Positions 24,213-35,960 are shown, counted from the first letter of the whole stretch. The stretch: DNA of 63,798 nt, filler included, from Octopus bimaculoides (GCF_001194135.2; 5 parts of 5 records of this genome joined end to end with filler, not necessarily neighbours in it), one strand, 5' to 3'. Translations and numbers: made by a program. Notes: generated by a model not told the origin, from the letters alone.

Positions 24213-24640
24213 CACACAAAAACATACAAAAATATCCATATATACTTCTCTACATATGTACTGTACAATATTCACACAAACACACTGTCCCTCTCTGTAT
24301 GTATGTGTGTGTCTGTGTGTATGTATTAGTACATATACATCTACATGCATATATAGTAAAACAAAATCAAAGGACTAGTGGTTGCCTACCTTGGCAAGAC
24401 TTGTATTATTTGGAGAAAGCAACAGAAACAGTAGAGTGAAATTCCTCACGGTAATTCCACTGCACTCTTTCTGCACTTTCTCATACATTATACATGCACA
24501 CCAAATATACATACACACACACACATATATATATATATATTCTTTTGTTCTTTAACTTGTTTCGGTCATTTAACTGTGGCCATGCTGGAGCACTACCTTT
24601 AAGGGTATTTTAGTTGAAGAAATTTACTCCATGACTTATT
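24213..24640. repeat. Local duplication unit; the paralogous copy is split across ~25390-25438, 28848-29075 and 31141-31250
   Basis: aaaggactagtggttgcctac...gtaattccactgcactctttctg occurs at ~24368-24475 and ~28931-29038; SINE ends with the shared ttagttgaagaaatt(t/g)actccatgacttatt occur at 24610 and 31221. Confidence 0.8.
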
Positions 24641-25153
24641 CAAAACATACAAAAATATCCATGTATACTTCTCTACATATGTACTGTACAATATTCACAT
24701 AAACACACACATACATACTGTACCTCTCTGTATATATATATATATATATATACACATTTTATGATTCCATACTGTTACTGTTTATCTCTTGCTCAGTGAT
24801 TTAATATAACTTATCTCTCTCTCTTTATGAGATCAGCAACAGTGTGTCGCTAGAAAAAGGATATAGTATTTTGCGAGTGGAATGAGTTCTTTATCACTAG
24901 CCAGTGACTAACATACACTGAAGACAGGTAACCACTCAGAAACCCAGGTTTGTGTGTATCACGTAAGGCTAGAGATGGGAACAATGACCTCCCTCACAAA
25001 TGCTAATCGGACACAGACTGCGTGTTGTTGGCCAGCTAGAGAAGATATCTTCCTGAAGCTAAAAACAACAGTAACACAGTCCTCGATAGGTCCGCCACAT
25101 TTAGTTGGCAAATGTATTATATATATATATATATATATTATTATTATCATTAT

Positions 25154-25317
25154 TATTATTTAAAGGTCACAACACATGTATTAAAGCACTACTAATAGTT
25201 TCATATATTGAGAGAACTCAAACCTTCTTCAGGCCCCTGAAGAATATGTTTGAGTTCTTTCAACATATGAAACTATTAGTAGCACTCTAATACATGAATT
25301 GTGACCTTTAAATAATA
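25154..25317. repeat. 164-bp imperfect palindrome centred on back-to-back CTGAAGA hammerhead cores
   Basis: Centre ttcttcagg-cc-cctgaagaa; arms tattatttaaaggtcacaa / ttgtgacctttaaataata. Confidence 0.9.
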
Positions 25318-25375
25318 TTCACCTCTCACAAGATGGAGTACTTTTTTTGTTGAATTTTCTATCATGGATCAATAC

Positions 25376-25407
<32 letters not shown>

Positions 25408-25438
25408 TATTTATGTGTGTGTGTGTGTGTATTAGTAC

Positions 25439-28400
25439 CAGTGTTGTCAACTTAAAATCAGAAATTTATGCTAAATTTCAGTATAAAAAATACCAGAGAA
25501 AAACTAAAAAATACTAAATATGACAAAAAATGCTAAAGACTAATTATATCAAAAATCTTGATTTTTATTTACATTTTTATTTACTTTCTTTAATTATATT
25601 CAGCATTCAGAAATAATTTCTTGAAATTCACTGATTTGATCACTTTCAGCTGCAGTGCCTAGGTCTTGACTTCTGTATACATTCAAGGTCCCAATCTTGT
25701 TAATTATGTTTTGGAATATCAAAGTTTTTGCAACATTTGCCATATCTTTTCCGGCCATATTTTATAGACAGTATTGATCTAAGCACAGGAAGATGCATTT
25801 TGTTTTTCAATTTTGATTTGATTACACCCATACTGCTGAACAACTGTTCAACTTCAGCATTTGAGTTTGGCAATATCAATAGATTGATAGATTAATATAG
25901 ATTAATGGCAAAATTTGCAACATCTCTAAAAGGATTTCCTCCAGCAGCATCTTTATATTCCAAGACTTCCAGTCAGAATGCCCCAGTATTAGATGTATTT
26001 GTCCACTTAACTAAATGAATGCTATTAAACTGAATTTAAATTGGAGCAACTTTTTCTTCATTTATATGCATTGCTTCAAAGACAGGTAAAATTGGCTCTT
26101 TGAAATGCTGCAAAATATTCTCTACTGAAAAACATTTGATATTCCTCAGTATATTAATATTTCCTGGCAAACGGTGTTGTGCTCTTTTGTGAATATTATT
26201 TTCTTCGGTGGTGGTTACAATCTTCTTAATCATTTCTGCTATCTTTCTCTTGAACCTGTAGTCTAAATTTGATTTAGGATCCAGAAATTTTTCAATAGAA
26301 GCATCCGGATCAAGAGGATCAATTCTACATGTTGGCAACACTATCATATTAGCAACAGATTTGATCAAATTTGAAAGATCTTCAAGTAATTTTGTTTTGT
26401 CAACAGTGTTTGATTCAAATAGTTTATTCACTTCCTCTTTTACTTGTTTCAGTCATTTGACTGTGGCCATGCTGGAGCACCGCATTTAGTCGAGCAAATC
26501 GACCCCAGGACTTATTCTTTGTAAACCTAGTACTTATTCTATTGGTCTCTTTTGTCAAACCACTAAGTTATGGGGACGTAAACACACCAGCATCGGTTGT
26601 CAAGCGATGTTGGGAGGACAAACACAGACACACAAACATACATATACATATATATATATATATATATATACATATATATACATATATATACGACGGGCTT
26701 CTTTCAGCTTCCGTCTACCAAATCCACTCACAAAGCTTTGGTCGGCCCGAGGCTATAGTAGAAGACACTCGCCCAAGGTGCCACGCAGTGGGACTGAACC
26801 CAAAACCATGTGGTTCGTAAGCAAGCTACTTACCACACAGCCACTCCTGAACGTGTTTTAAAATTGGATGCAAAAATAAAAGGTAAAGTTCATTTCTAGA
26901 ATCACAAAACATTTCATGTAACGTTTGTGCTGTAAAGCACTTTTCTTTTGGAAGTGAGTTTGCAATTCAAACCATTGGCTTAAAATTCTATTTACCTCTG
27001 GTTCTATTGACAACTACCTAGTTGTACAAGAATTCACAATCTTCAAAGGCTCTTAATCATTGATAGCAAGGTAAAGTCTTGTTGAAGAATGAGAAGACCA
27101 TTTATAGGTTTCGGATACTAAAAATTCTAAATTTATGGGCAAGCATTCAGCACAAGTGTGGGATACTGCCAACTGTAAAGAATGACATACACATCTAGAT
27201 AGAAGTAATGATGGAACTTCTTTTAATTTCTGGGAAACACCATTATTGACTCATATCATTACTCTAGCATTGTCGGTTCCTATAGCCAGTAAATTTTTTA
27301 TATCTAATTTCTTTTTCACTAATTCAATTTTTAAAGCATCTACAATGCCCTCTGCATCTCATGTTTCTAAAGATACCATACTGAGATATGTATATACCAC
27401 TTTTTTGTGAGTGTCACTATAATATATGATAACAATTCCTAACAACTTATTTATCGCTATATCATTGGATGCCTCTAATAACAAGCTAAATTTTCTATCT
27501 CTTCTATCAAAAATCAAATCTCCATCAAAATATGGAGCTAGAACATTTCTCACAATATTTGCACATTTTGTACGATGCAACTTCACTTTGGATGTAATAT
27601 CACCATCAGACATATAATTCTTACATAACTCTATTAAGTGATCACAGATATTAAATGATGAGTGGTAACAAATAAACATTGCTAAATTTGCTTCAAGCAT
27701 AGATGTCCTATCATTTTGGGTTTTAATAAAATTGGTAAGCAGAATCATTTGCTGTGGAGTTGATGCTTTATGTTTTTTTGCTTCACAGTGGCTTACTGAA
27801 AGAGAATATTTTACTAACATATTACATCTACAATATCTGCAATGTGCTTTAGATTGGTCACTAGGTACTTCACGCAACCACTTAGTAAACGCTGGCATCT
27901 TAAGCCATTCCTTTCAGAATTTTTGCTGGCACAACTTTGTTTTTTCTTTGCTCATTATAATGTAGTTGGAAGCAAGAAAATAAAATTTTGACTAATATAA
28001 AATTGAAAACACAACTTAGCAGTTTGCCGCTAACAATTCTTTCATTCATCATTAGCAATTTGTTTGCTGCTTACAAATTCTTGAGGTGAAGAATACTGAT
28101 TCAGGATGCAGAGTGGCCAACCTATAAATGGAAAAGTAAAATCTGCAAGAATCCTAAAACTGTGTTCTGATATAAACCTGAGAATATCATATTTCGCTTC
28201 CAATCTTACATTCAATATCTATTGGTAAAACCACAATTATAACTACAATACTTGAAAAAAAAAGTAAGTAGAAATATAAAGGGGGAGACACCACCCACCC
28301 TGTACTTCTATACTATATAATCCAAAACAAGTATGAAAACACACAGGCCTATTTTAAATCAGTCAACCTGTCATGATAAAAACTCATCACTACAGAATAA

Positions 28401-28847
28401 AGCATTGTTAGGACAAATTTCCATGCTTTCATTCTTTGCAACATATTTACATTATTGTGTAATGAGTTCAGGTGCTGATACAAAGTCATCTTCTCTCCCT
28501 CTCCCACCAGCACCACTCTGTATCCAAGCCGGTGGGGTAGGGCTGGAAAAGTTCATAACTTGATAAACTTTCATTTGAAGTTTCAAGAAAGTGGAAGAAA
28601 AATTCAACAATAGCCCATAGTACTAAAATTTGGCTATAAGATACATTAATGAAAGTAGAAAAGGAGGAAAAAGAAAAAGGGTAACTATTGCGGAAATGTC
28701 ATGATCAGAGAAAAATACTAATAAAAATGCTAAATAAAATTTTAAACTTATTTTCCCTGCTAAATGCTAGATTCAAAAATTTTCTGCTAAATGCTGAAAA
28801 AAAAAAATGCTAGATCTAGCATAAAATATGCTAAATTAGCAACCCTA
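25439..28847 (-). mobile_element. Decayed hAT transposon (3.4 kb), transposase ~27955-25700
   Basis: Termini cagtgttgtcaac / gcaacccta. N-terminal C..C..H..H zinc finger (AHCRYC..HCEAKKH), KVKLHRTKC, FSLLLEASND, degenerate GTDNA, C-terminal dimerisation-like PNSNAEVEQLFSSM. Interrupted by a SINE. Confidence 0.88.
26435..26850 (-). mobile_element. SINE family 1, full-length and young-looking, inserted in the hAT ORF
   Basis: tRNA-like head with A/B-box-like motifs, (TA/CA) centre, tail ggtgctccagcatggccacagtcaaatgactgaaacaagtaaaag. Confidence 0.9.
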
Positions 28848-29084
28848 CATCTACATATATACATCTACATATATACATCTATATATACATCTACATATAT
28901 ACATCTACATATATCAGATAAAACAAAACCAAAGGACTAGTGGTTGCCTACTTTGGAAAAGACTTGTATTATTTGGAGAAAGCAAAAGAAACAGTACAGT
29001 GAAATTCCTCATGGTAATTCCACTGCACTCTTTCTGCCACTTTTTCGAACAGTGTACACACACACATACACACTATATATATTA

Positions 29085-29355
29085 GTTCTATACTTAAGAG
29101 ATGAGGAATTATGTACATTATTTACATTTGATAGATATTTGTCTTCATTTTGTTTGTTGTTAAACACAATGTTTTGGCTGATATACCCTCCAGCCTTCAC
29201 TAGGTGTCTTGGGGAAATTTCAAACCTGGGTTCTCATCTCTAAGGTATTTTTCAATATTATTACTATTATTATTATTCAGGTCACTGCCTAGAATGGAAC
29301 TCAGAATCTTGGGGTTGGTAGCCCGTGCTCTTAACCACTACGCCATATGCCCATG
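29085..29355 (-). mobile_element. ~270-bp unit: tRNA-like Pol III head + (AAT)n + HHR-bearing tail (inverted copy)
   Basis: Minus strand gggcatatggcgtagtggttaagagc...ggcagtgacct (AAT)n ...caagacacCTAGTGAaggctg..cagccAAAAcattgtgtt. Confidence 0.8.
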
Positions 29356-29359
29356 AGAG

Positions 29360-29870
29360 GATGAATCCAATAAACTGTCTACAGTCTGTCTACCCTATGT
29401 GAAAGGCCCTCTTTGAAAAGATACAAAAGATATGCAGCCCATATGACATCAGGACAGTATTCAAGAGTAATACGACACTTCGCAAATATCTCCTTCAGGT
29501 AAAACCACCAATAAAAGAGAATATGACCAAAAACTATGTGTACTCCATCCCATGCAGCTGTGGTAGGTTATACAAAGGCAAAACATGCTGCTCCCTCAAA
29601 ATAAGGGTAGAAGAACATCGCAAAGCTATGACACGAGAAGATATTGATGAATCGGGTATAGCTGATCATGTATGGAAAAATGGAGACCACCTCCCCCTGT
29701 GGGATGAAGTTAAAATAATAGACAGAGAACACCACTGGAAAATACCTAAACTAAAAGAAGCAGCACATATGCTAAGACACAACAACTTCCTAAGAAGACA
29801 GAGTACAGATATGAATAGCATATGGGAACTGGTATTAAGGAAAGATAGGAAAATATTGGATTTATAAGCC
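29360..29870 (+). mobile_element. Penelope-like element ORF 3' fragment with GIY-YIG endonuclease
   Basis: VCLPYVKG..IRTVFKSNTTLRKYL..NYVYSIPCSCGRLYKGKT..LKIRVEEH..SGIADHVW..LWDEVKIIDRE..KLKEAAHM. Confidence 0.9.
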
Positions 29871-29896
29871 CTAAAATTCACTCTATAATTGCCCAT

Positions 29897-30105
29897 GGGC
29901 ATATGGCGTAGTGGTTAAGAGTGCAGGCTACCAACCCCAAGATTCCGAGTTCGATTCCAGGCAGTAACCTGAATAATAATAATAATAACATTGAAAAATA
30001 CCTTTGGAATGAGAACCAAAAAAGAAAAACAGCCCATGGGCATATGGCATAGTGGTTAAGAGCACGGGCTACCAATCCCAAGATCGATTCCAGGCAGTGA
30101 CCTGA
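29897..30105 (+). mobile_element. Two tandem tRNA-like heads of the same unit
   Basis: A box TGGCGTAGTGG at 29904-29914; B-box-like GAGTTCGATTCC at 29947-29958; second, partly deleted head at 30031-30105. Confidence 0.8.
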
Positions 30106-30335
30106 ATATTAAAATTTTAATTTACTAAACTTGCTGAAAAAAATGCTAGATCTAGCATAAAATATGCCAAATTGGCAACCCTACATATATATGTATGTAT
30201 TTATAGATTTATACCAAAATTTGGCAAAAATATTGTATCTGTTATCAAACGTAGCAAAATACTCACAAGTGAGTTTTTGTATGTATATCGATTTAAATAA
30301 GAGCCAAATCTGATCCATTGTAAAGACTTTATTAT

Positions 30336-30415
30336 GACCTATGATCATTTCGATGCAATGTCTAGATCGATTCATGCATATTATAATATATGGAATATTG
30401 TATCTCTTCAGGGTC
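30336..30415 (-). ncRNA. Minimal type I hammerhead ribozyme motif (family B)
   Basis: gacc-CUGAAGA-stem II (G-C closing pair)-GAAA-UGAUCA-UA-gguc; palindromic stem III AUGAUCAU; core nucleotides intact. Confidence 0.72.
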
Positions 30416-30604
30416 GTATTAATTTAAAGCAGACAGTAAAAATAGATAACAACTTTGTCTTCTTACGGTTTCAACACCGATATGCTATACGGTTGCATTA
30501 CATCTCGTGTCTTTTCAACTTGTTTATTTACATGTAATTATAGGTCAACTATGAATGTTGTCTATAAATGTTGTCTATTTTTACTGTCTGCTTTGTATTA
30601 ATAC

Positions 30605-30684
30605 GACCCTGAAGAGATACAATATTCCATATTTTATAATATGCATGAATCGATCTGGATATTGCATCGAAATGCTCATAGGTC
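30605..30684 (+). ncRNA. Minimal type I hammerhead ribozyme motif (family B)
   Basis: gacc(30605)-CUGAAGA(30609)-gauacaauauucca...uggauauugcauc-GAAA(30669)-UgcucA-UA-gguc(30684). Confidence 0.72.
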
Positions 30685-30732
30685 ATGATAAAGTCTTTAC
30701 AATGGATCAGACTTTGGCTCTTATTTAAATCG

Positions 30733-30777
<45 letters not shown>

Positions 30778-30780
30778 GTA

Positions 30781-30945
30781 ATTATAATAATAACAATAAC
30801 ATCGAAAAATACCTTAGGAATGAGAATCCAGGTTTGAAATTTCCCAAGACATCTGATGAAGGCTGGAGGGTATATCAGCCAAAATGTTGTGTTAACAACA
30901 AACAAAATGAGGACAAATATCCGTCAAATGTAAATAATGTACACT
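30781..30945 (+). mobile_element. HHR-bearing tail of the tRNA-headed unit (family A motif at 30846-30893)
   Basis: aagacat-CUGAUGA-a-ggcug/cagcc-(G>A)AAA-(C>U)GUU-guguu; matches the reverse of 29085-29250. Confidence 0.75.
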
Positions 30946-31161
30946 ATATATAANNNNNNNNNNNNNNNNNNNNNNNNNNNNNNNNNNNNNNNNNNNNNNN
31001 NNNNNNNNNNNNNNNNNNNNNNNNNNNNNNNNNNNNNNNNNNNNNNNNNNNNNNNNNNNNNNNNNNNNNNNNNNNNNNNNNNNNNNNNNNNNNNNNNNNN
31101 NNNNNNNNNNNNNNNNNNNNNNNNNNNNNNNNNNNNNNNNNATATATACATATATATATTC

Positions 31162-31363
31162 TTTTACTTGTTTCAGTCAGTTAACAGTGGCTGTGCTAGA
31201 GCACTCCCTTTAAGGGATTTTTAGTTGAAGAAATTGACTCCATGACTTATTCTTTGTAAGCCTAGTACTTGTGTCTTTTGCCAAACTGCCAAGTTGTGGG
31301 AACGTATACACACCAACATCAGCTGTCAAGCGATGGTGGAGAGACAGACACAGACATGCACAC

Positions 31364-31370
<7 letters not shown>
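31162..31370 (-). mobile_element. SINE family 1, 3' half
   Basis: Same tail and body as 26435-26640. Confidence 0.8.
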
Positions 31371-31402
<32 letters not shown>

Positions 31403-31479
31403 GAAACTCAAATCCTAAGTGGCATCCCCCAGTGAACTGTTCTGGGGCCATTACTTTTCACAATAGCCCTCTTAGACAA

Positions 31480-32450
31480 ACCCATGCTCACTCAGACAGC
31501 CACTGTCACTAGCTATGACAATGATACAAAATTATCACAGGCAATAAAAAATCCAGGATGATGTTGCAAGCTTACAGTGGGACCTGAATTCAATATACAA
31601 GCAGGCTGAAATAAACAACATGCAGTTTAATGTGGGAAAATTTCAAGCACTGCACTATCAACTTATCTATGCACAATCAGGAACTGAAGGCACTACAATC
31701 CCAGAGTCGCGCACAGTGAAAGACTTGGGGGATCAGTATGTGCAATGATAGATCGTTTTATATGCACATTACCAAGATGGCAGCAAAGTGCAGACAACTG
31801 GCAGGATGAATACAGAGGTTCTTCAAGACAAGACACCAAGAAACTATGTTGACCTTGTGGAGAACCTTTGTTCTCAGCCACCTGGACAACTACTCTCAGG
31901 TATGGTCACCACATAGTGCCAAACTAACAGCAGAGCTTGAAGTAGTCCAATTCCACTACACTAAAAAGACTGAAACAGTGCAGCAGATGAGTTACAGGGA
32001 TAGTCTGAAAAAACTGCAACTTTACTCCCTGCTGTGAAGGCGCGAGAGATATGTGATAATCTACATATGGAAAATTCTAGAAGGGCTAGTACCTAATTTC
32101 AGTATTGAGTGCTATACTGGCTGCTATTGTATTGTACCAAAGGTATCATCCAGGTGCTGCTATAGTCTAGGGTTCAAAAACCTACAGCTCTTCAATGTCC
32201 TGCCACAAAAATTAAGAAATATGCATAAGGTGGAAACAGATGTCTTCAAAAAGGAACTAGACATCCTCCTCTTCACAATACCGGATGAAACAATAGCCCG
32301 ATATGAGGTGCAGACGAGGTCAGCAGAATCAAACTCTCTTATACACCAAATGGGCCAACAGCTGAGACAAAGATACATACAGGAATTGTGATGTAAAAAA
32401 CCACCGACTGAGGAAGTGAGAAAGACCATGATGAGAAAGACCAGTATGCC
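31480..32450 (+). mobile_element. Decayed CR1-like LINE ORF2 3' portion
   Basis: SY(D)NDTKLSQAI..LQWDLNSIY..NMQFNVGKF, LTLWRTFVLSHLDNYSQVWSP, LKKLQLYSL..RRERY.IIYIWKILEGLVPN. Confidence 0.88.
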
Positions 32451-33295
32451 GGCTGAAAATTAGGTCCACATTGAAGCTAATAAAAACAAGCTAACTCACG
32501 GTGTAGAAAGTTCAGTAAAATAAATTTAGTTGCAAGTGAAGTCTTAGCTGAGATGGCGGGTACAAGTTCTCAAAGTGGTGAGGGGATTAATTATAGTGGG
32601 TTAAGTACTAATGCCATCTGTATTCTAAATTAGGTTCATAGTTGAAAGAATTAGCTTTATTAAAGGGCATGAGGAGGTTATATTAATAAATATATATATT
32701 ACGTATTTAGTAACTATGGGTGGGGGATGGAATTTAAACTCGGATGTGTTGGTGAAGGGATATTACTTTTGGATCACCTATAAGGGACCCAGGTGTGTAA
32801 TATTATTAAACTAGCGTTAATTTATGCCCTCATTTAAAATCGAGAATTTCTGCGGTGAAGGGCTCTGGGTGCTATTTGTGGGGATGGTGCATAGGGTCTC
32901 TAATGCTATTTATACTTAGCCAGTCAGGTTTCAATTAAGGTTGCTGTAAACCCGTATTTAAATTGCAATTACCATCTAGGTAGTTGATAGAGTAATTTAC
33001 ATTTTAATGGAGAGGCCAAATCTATTGAAAAACTTGTACAGTTTAGTAACATGAACAATACATACATATATATATATATATATACATACACATACATACA
33101 CACACATATATATATATGTGTATGGATATGTATGTGTATTTTTATTTTTTAATTTTTTTTATTTATGTGTTTCAGCCAAGTGGCTGCAGTCATGNNNNNN
33201 NNNNNNNNNNNNNNNNNNNNNNNNNNNNNNNNNNNNNNTTAATTAATTAANNNNNNNNNNNNNNNNNNNNNNNNNNNNNNNNNNNNNNNNNNNNG

Positions 33296-35960
33296 CCACC
33301 CCTTCCTGTTAACACCTCCAGGTCCGGGATTTCTGGAAGTTAACCATGGACCCCGGCCCGAAAGTCCTCTGGATCAGACCAACCAACTCATTCTCGTCGA
33401 CACCCAGAATCTCCCGAGAACGTCATCGCATTTGCCCTCCACCAACCATCTATAGAAAGTCCAAGTGGAACTTCCACCGACTGCATTGTCTGACTGGCAG
33501 AGGACTGCCTCGGTCTACGCTTGATCCAGGACTGCAGCTCGGGCAAAGAGATGAGCTGTGGGAAATCGTGTCTGGCAAACGGCGACCACACCTGCTCACC
33601 GCGTAGGAACCATTGGAGATGTCGCTGCCTCGGTGCCTGTCTGTGCAGCAGCAGCCACGGCATGCCCAGCCCACCATTCAGCGTATGTTGACAGCAAATG
33701 GAGCACCTGACCTGTGGAACGCGTCCCTTCCACAAAAAGCGGAAGAATACCCGCTACAGTCTGAACTGGGGTAAGGCGCGATGGTCAGGCGATAATATAT
33801 AATGGAGGCGATGTATGCGTTTGCCAACTCTGCCCGGCCTTTCAAGGATAGCTTTCTCTCGGCCCATTTCTGGGGAAGATTGGCCACTCTGCTAGTCACC
33901 TCGTCTCAGTTCTCCACTTGGAGATCTGGACCGAACCATACCCCGAGCAATTTAACCGGTCCTTCTGTCCAGCGTCCCACGACGTTATTGGACGACATGG
34001 ACCTCTCTCTCCAGGTGCTGAGCTGCAGACCTACTGACATTTCTTGATTAATTATTGCTTCTGTTACCGTCTCATACTCTTTTATAGTAGTGCCGACCAG
34101 GTCTATGTGCTCTCTGTTCAACATTATCACAGCAACGTTGTCTGCATATGTCGACACGGTTCTCCCATGTCCAGTTTCCACAGTAGTGGCTCTAAAGCCA
34201 ATACATACAGAGGAGACGAGAGTGGGCATCTTTGACGGACCAAACGCATAATATTGAATGGTTCCGATAGGTAACCATTCACCCGAACTACCGAGCTAAT
34301 GTCGTTCTACAATGCCGCGATCAAGACACAGAAAATGGGACCGAAACTGGCCGCTGTGAGGACGGCTGCCAAGTATTGGTGGTCGACCCTATTGAAGATT
34401 TTTAGATTGATCCAAATTGATCAGATCATTGATCAGCTTCCTTACCTGCCCTGTCTGTTATGTATCGCATGAGGTAGAGGTTGTCGCGGATGGATCTGCT
34501 TGGGATTGCGCATGTTTACGTATCACCAATCAGTTCCTCGACAACAAGCGCCCAACCCCTACGCTAAGAACTTGGCGAAAATTTTGAAATCTACGTTCAG
34601 CAGCGTTATGGACAGAAAATTTTCTATTGTTTCGGTCCTTTCACAGCAGTACTACCGCCCCTAGGCTCGCAGAGTTGGGAATACTCCCGCTCTGCTGCCA
34701 GTTGCAGTAGATATCTGCTAAGAGACCTTAGACCATCCAATCCAGGTGATCTGCCCGCTATGCAGCCCATCATTGCGTCCCGTATTTCCGCGGCTGTTAT
34801 CGGAATCTTGCAATACTCTGCTCCCCACTTTCCGAGTGTCGTGGTATGCCGTTGAGGTAGGCACTGAAGTCCATCCTGCTTTCTGGACTGCCATTCGTCT
34901 CAAACAGTTGGGCGATGTGCTGCTGAAATGCAACGCACATCTCGGGCTCACTACCATGCGCCCGTTTTGGTCCGCCAAAGACCGAATTGTGTCATTGTTG
35001 CCACGCTGCACCTCTGCTACTCGGGCCAATCACTCAACTTTCGTTGCCTCTTGTCTTAGAGCACGCGCCTTAGCTTTGACAATGCAACCTTCATGTTTAG
35101 CGTTGAAAAATTGGTCGAGGGCCAATCTCACTACTAGTACGTCGGTTGCAATATCTTTCCTAAGCGCCTCTTCTAAGTTTCTAAGTTCCCTTCTTTTTTA
35201 TTTATTTCTGTCACTAATACCTAAACCTAACTGTTTCTACTCTAATTGCCCTTTTTAGGGCACACCACCATTTGTTGCTGACGATTGCCACCGTTTGTAG
35301 TCTGTATCGCCGATGAATCTGAGAAGTGGACAACTTATGCTATCTTTATCTACTGGCCTACAGAATACTCTGTGTAGATACGACCTAGATGACCCAATGC
35401 GATTCGTTGGTGCGTCCTGAAAATCCAGTCGGTACCTGTCAAACAGTTGGAAATATTTGAGCAGGTTTGTGAGGCTTTTACCACCCCTTCTTCTATCAGC
35501 TAGCTCCACACAGTCCAAACGTGAGGGCATTTAAATCGCTCACTAAAACTAACACTAAATGTCGGGACGTTCCTCGAAAAACATCAAGACGTCTGAAGAA
35601 ATCCGGTTGTCCTGCTCCTGTCAGACATACATAGCTACAAGTCTGAGAGTACCCCTGTCACTACTGTTCACATCCAGAAACACCAATTTACCTTCTGGGT
35701 CCAAGAAGACAGTCTTTATTTCGAGATGGTGGCCTCTTCGAAACAACACCAGAGTTCCACCTCCCATTCCCGGTTGGCATGGAGATAGATCTGGTATCCA
35801 CCAAAAATAGCAATGAACGCTTGTCGGTGAAGAGTGTGGTTTCACTGATGGTCATTACATCGACATTTAGTGACCTGAGGTCTTTGAGTAGATGGCCGTA
35901 TTTCCAATACGCCCCTACGCGAATTATACTTCCTATTGTAAGCAAAGCCATATTAGATCA
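33296..35960 (-). mobile_element. Decayed Tx1/L1-clade LINE ORF2 (APE + RT); a Thr/Gln-rich putative ORF1 remnant may extend to ~36780
   Basis: APE: DLRSLNVDVMTISET, GGGTLVLFR, FLDPEGKLVFLDV, SRSYLHRVF. RT: SPGLDGL, VSTYADNV, VKLLGVWFG, LSLKGRAELANAYIAS, NGGLGMP. Confidence 0.9.

Larger units (their letters stand above)
30283..30737. repeat. Inverted repeat, ~170-bp arms, ~115-bp spacer, each arm carrying an HHR
   Basis: 30283-30453 is the reverse complement of 30568-30737 at roughly 90-95% identity (visual estimate). Confidence 0.92.

Noticed and set aside
24840-25110. Exon candidates in unique-looking sequence
   Set aside because: Frames from plausible acceptors hit stops or need weak donors; no homology recognised.
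29897-29970. Functional tRNA gene
   Set aside because: A and B boxes are present, but no convincing acceptor stem or cloverleaf; it is repeated as part of a mobile unit.
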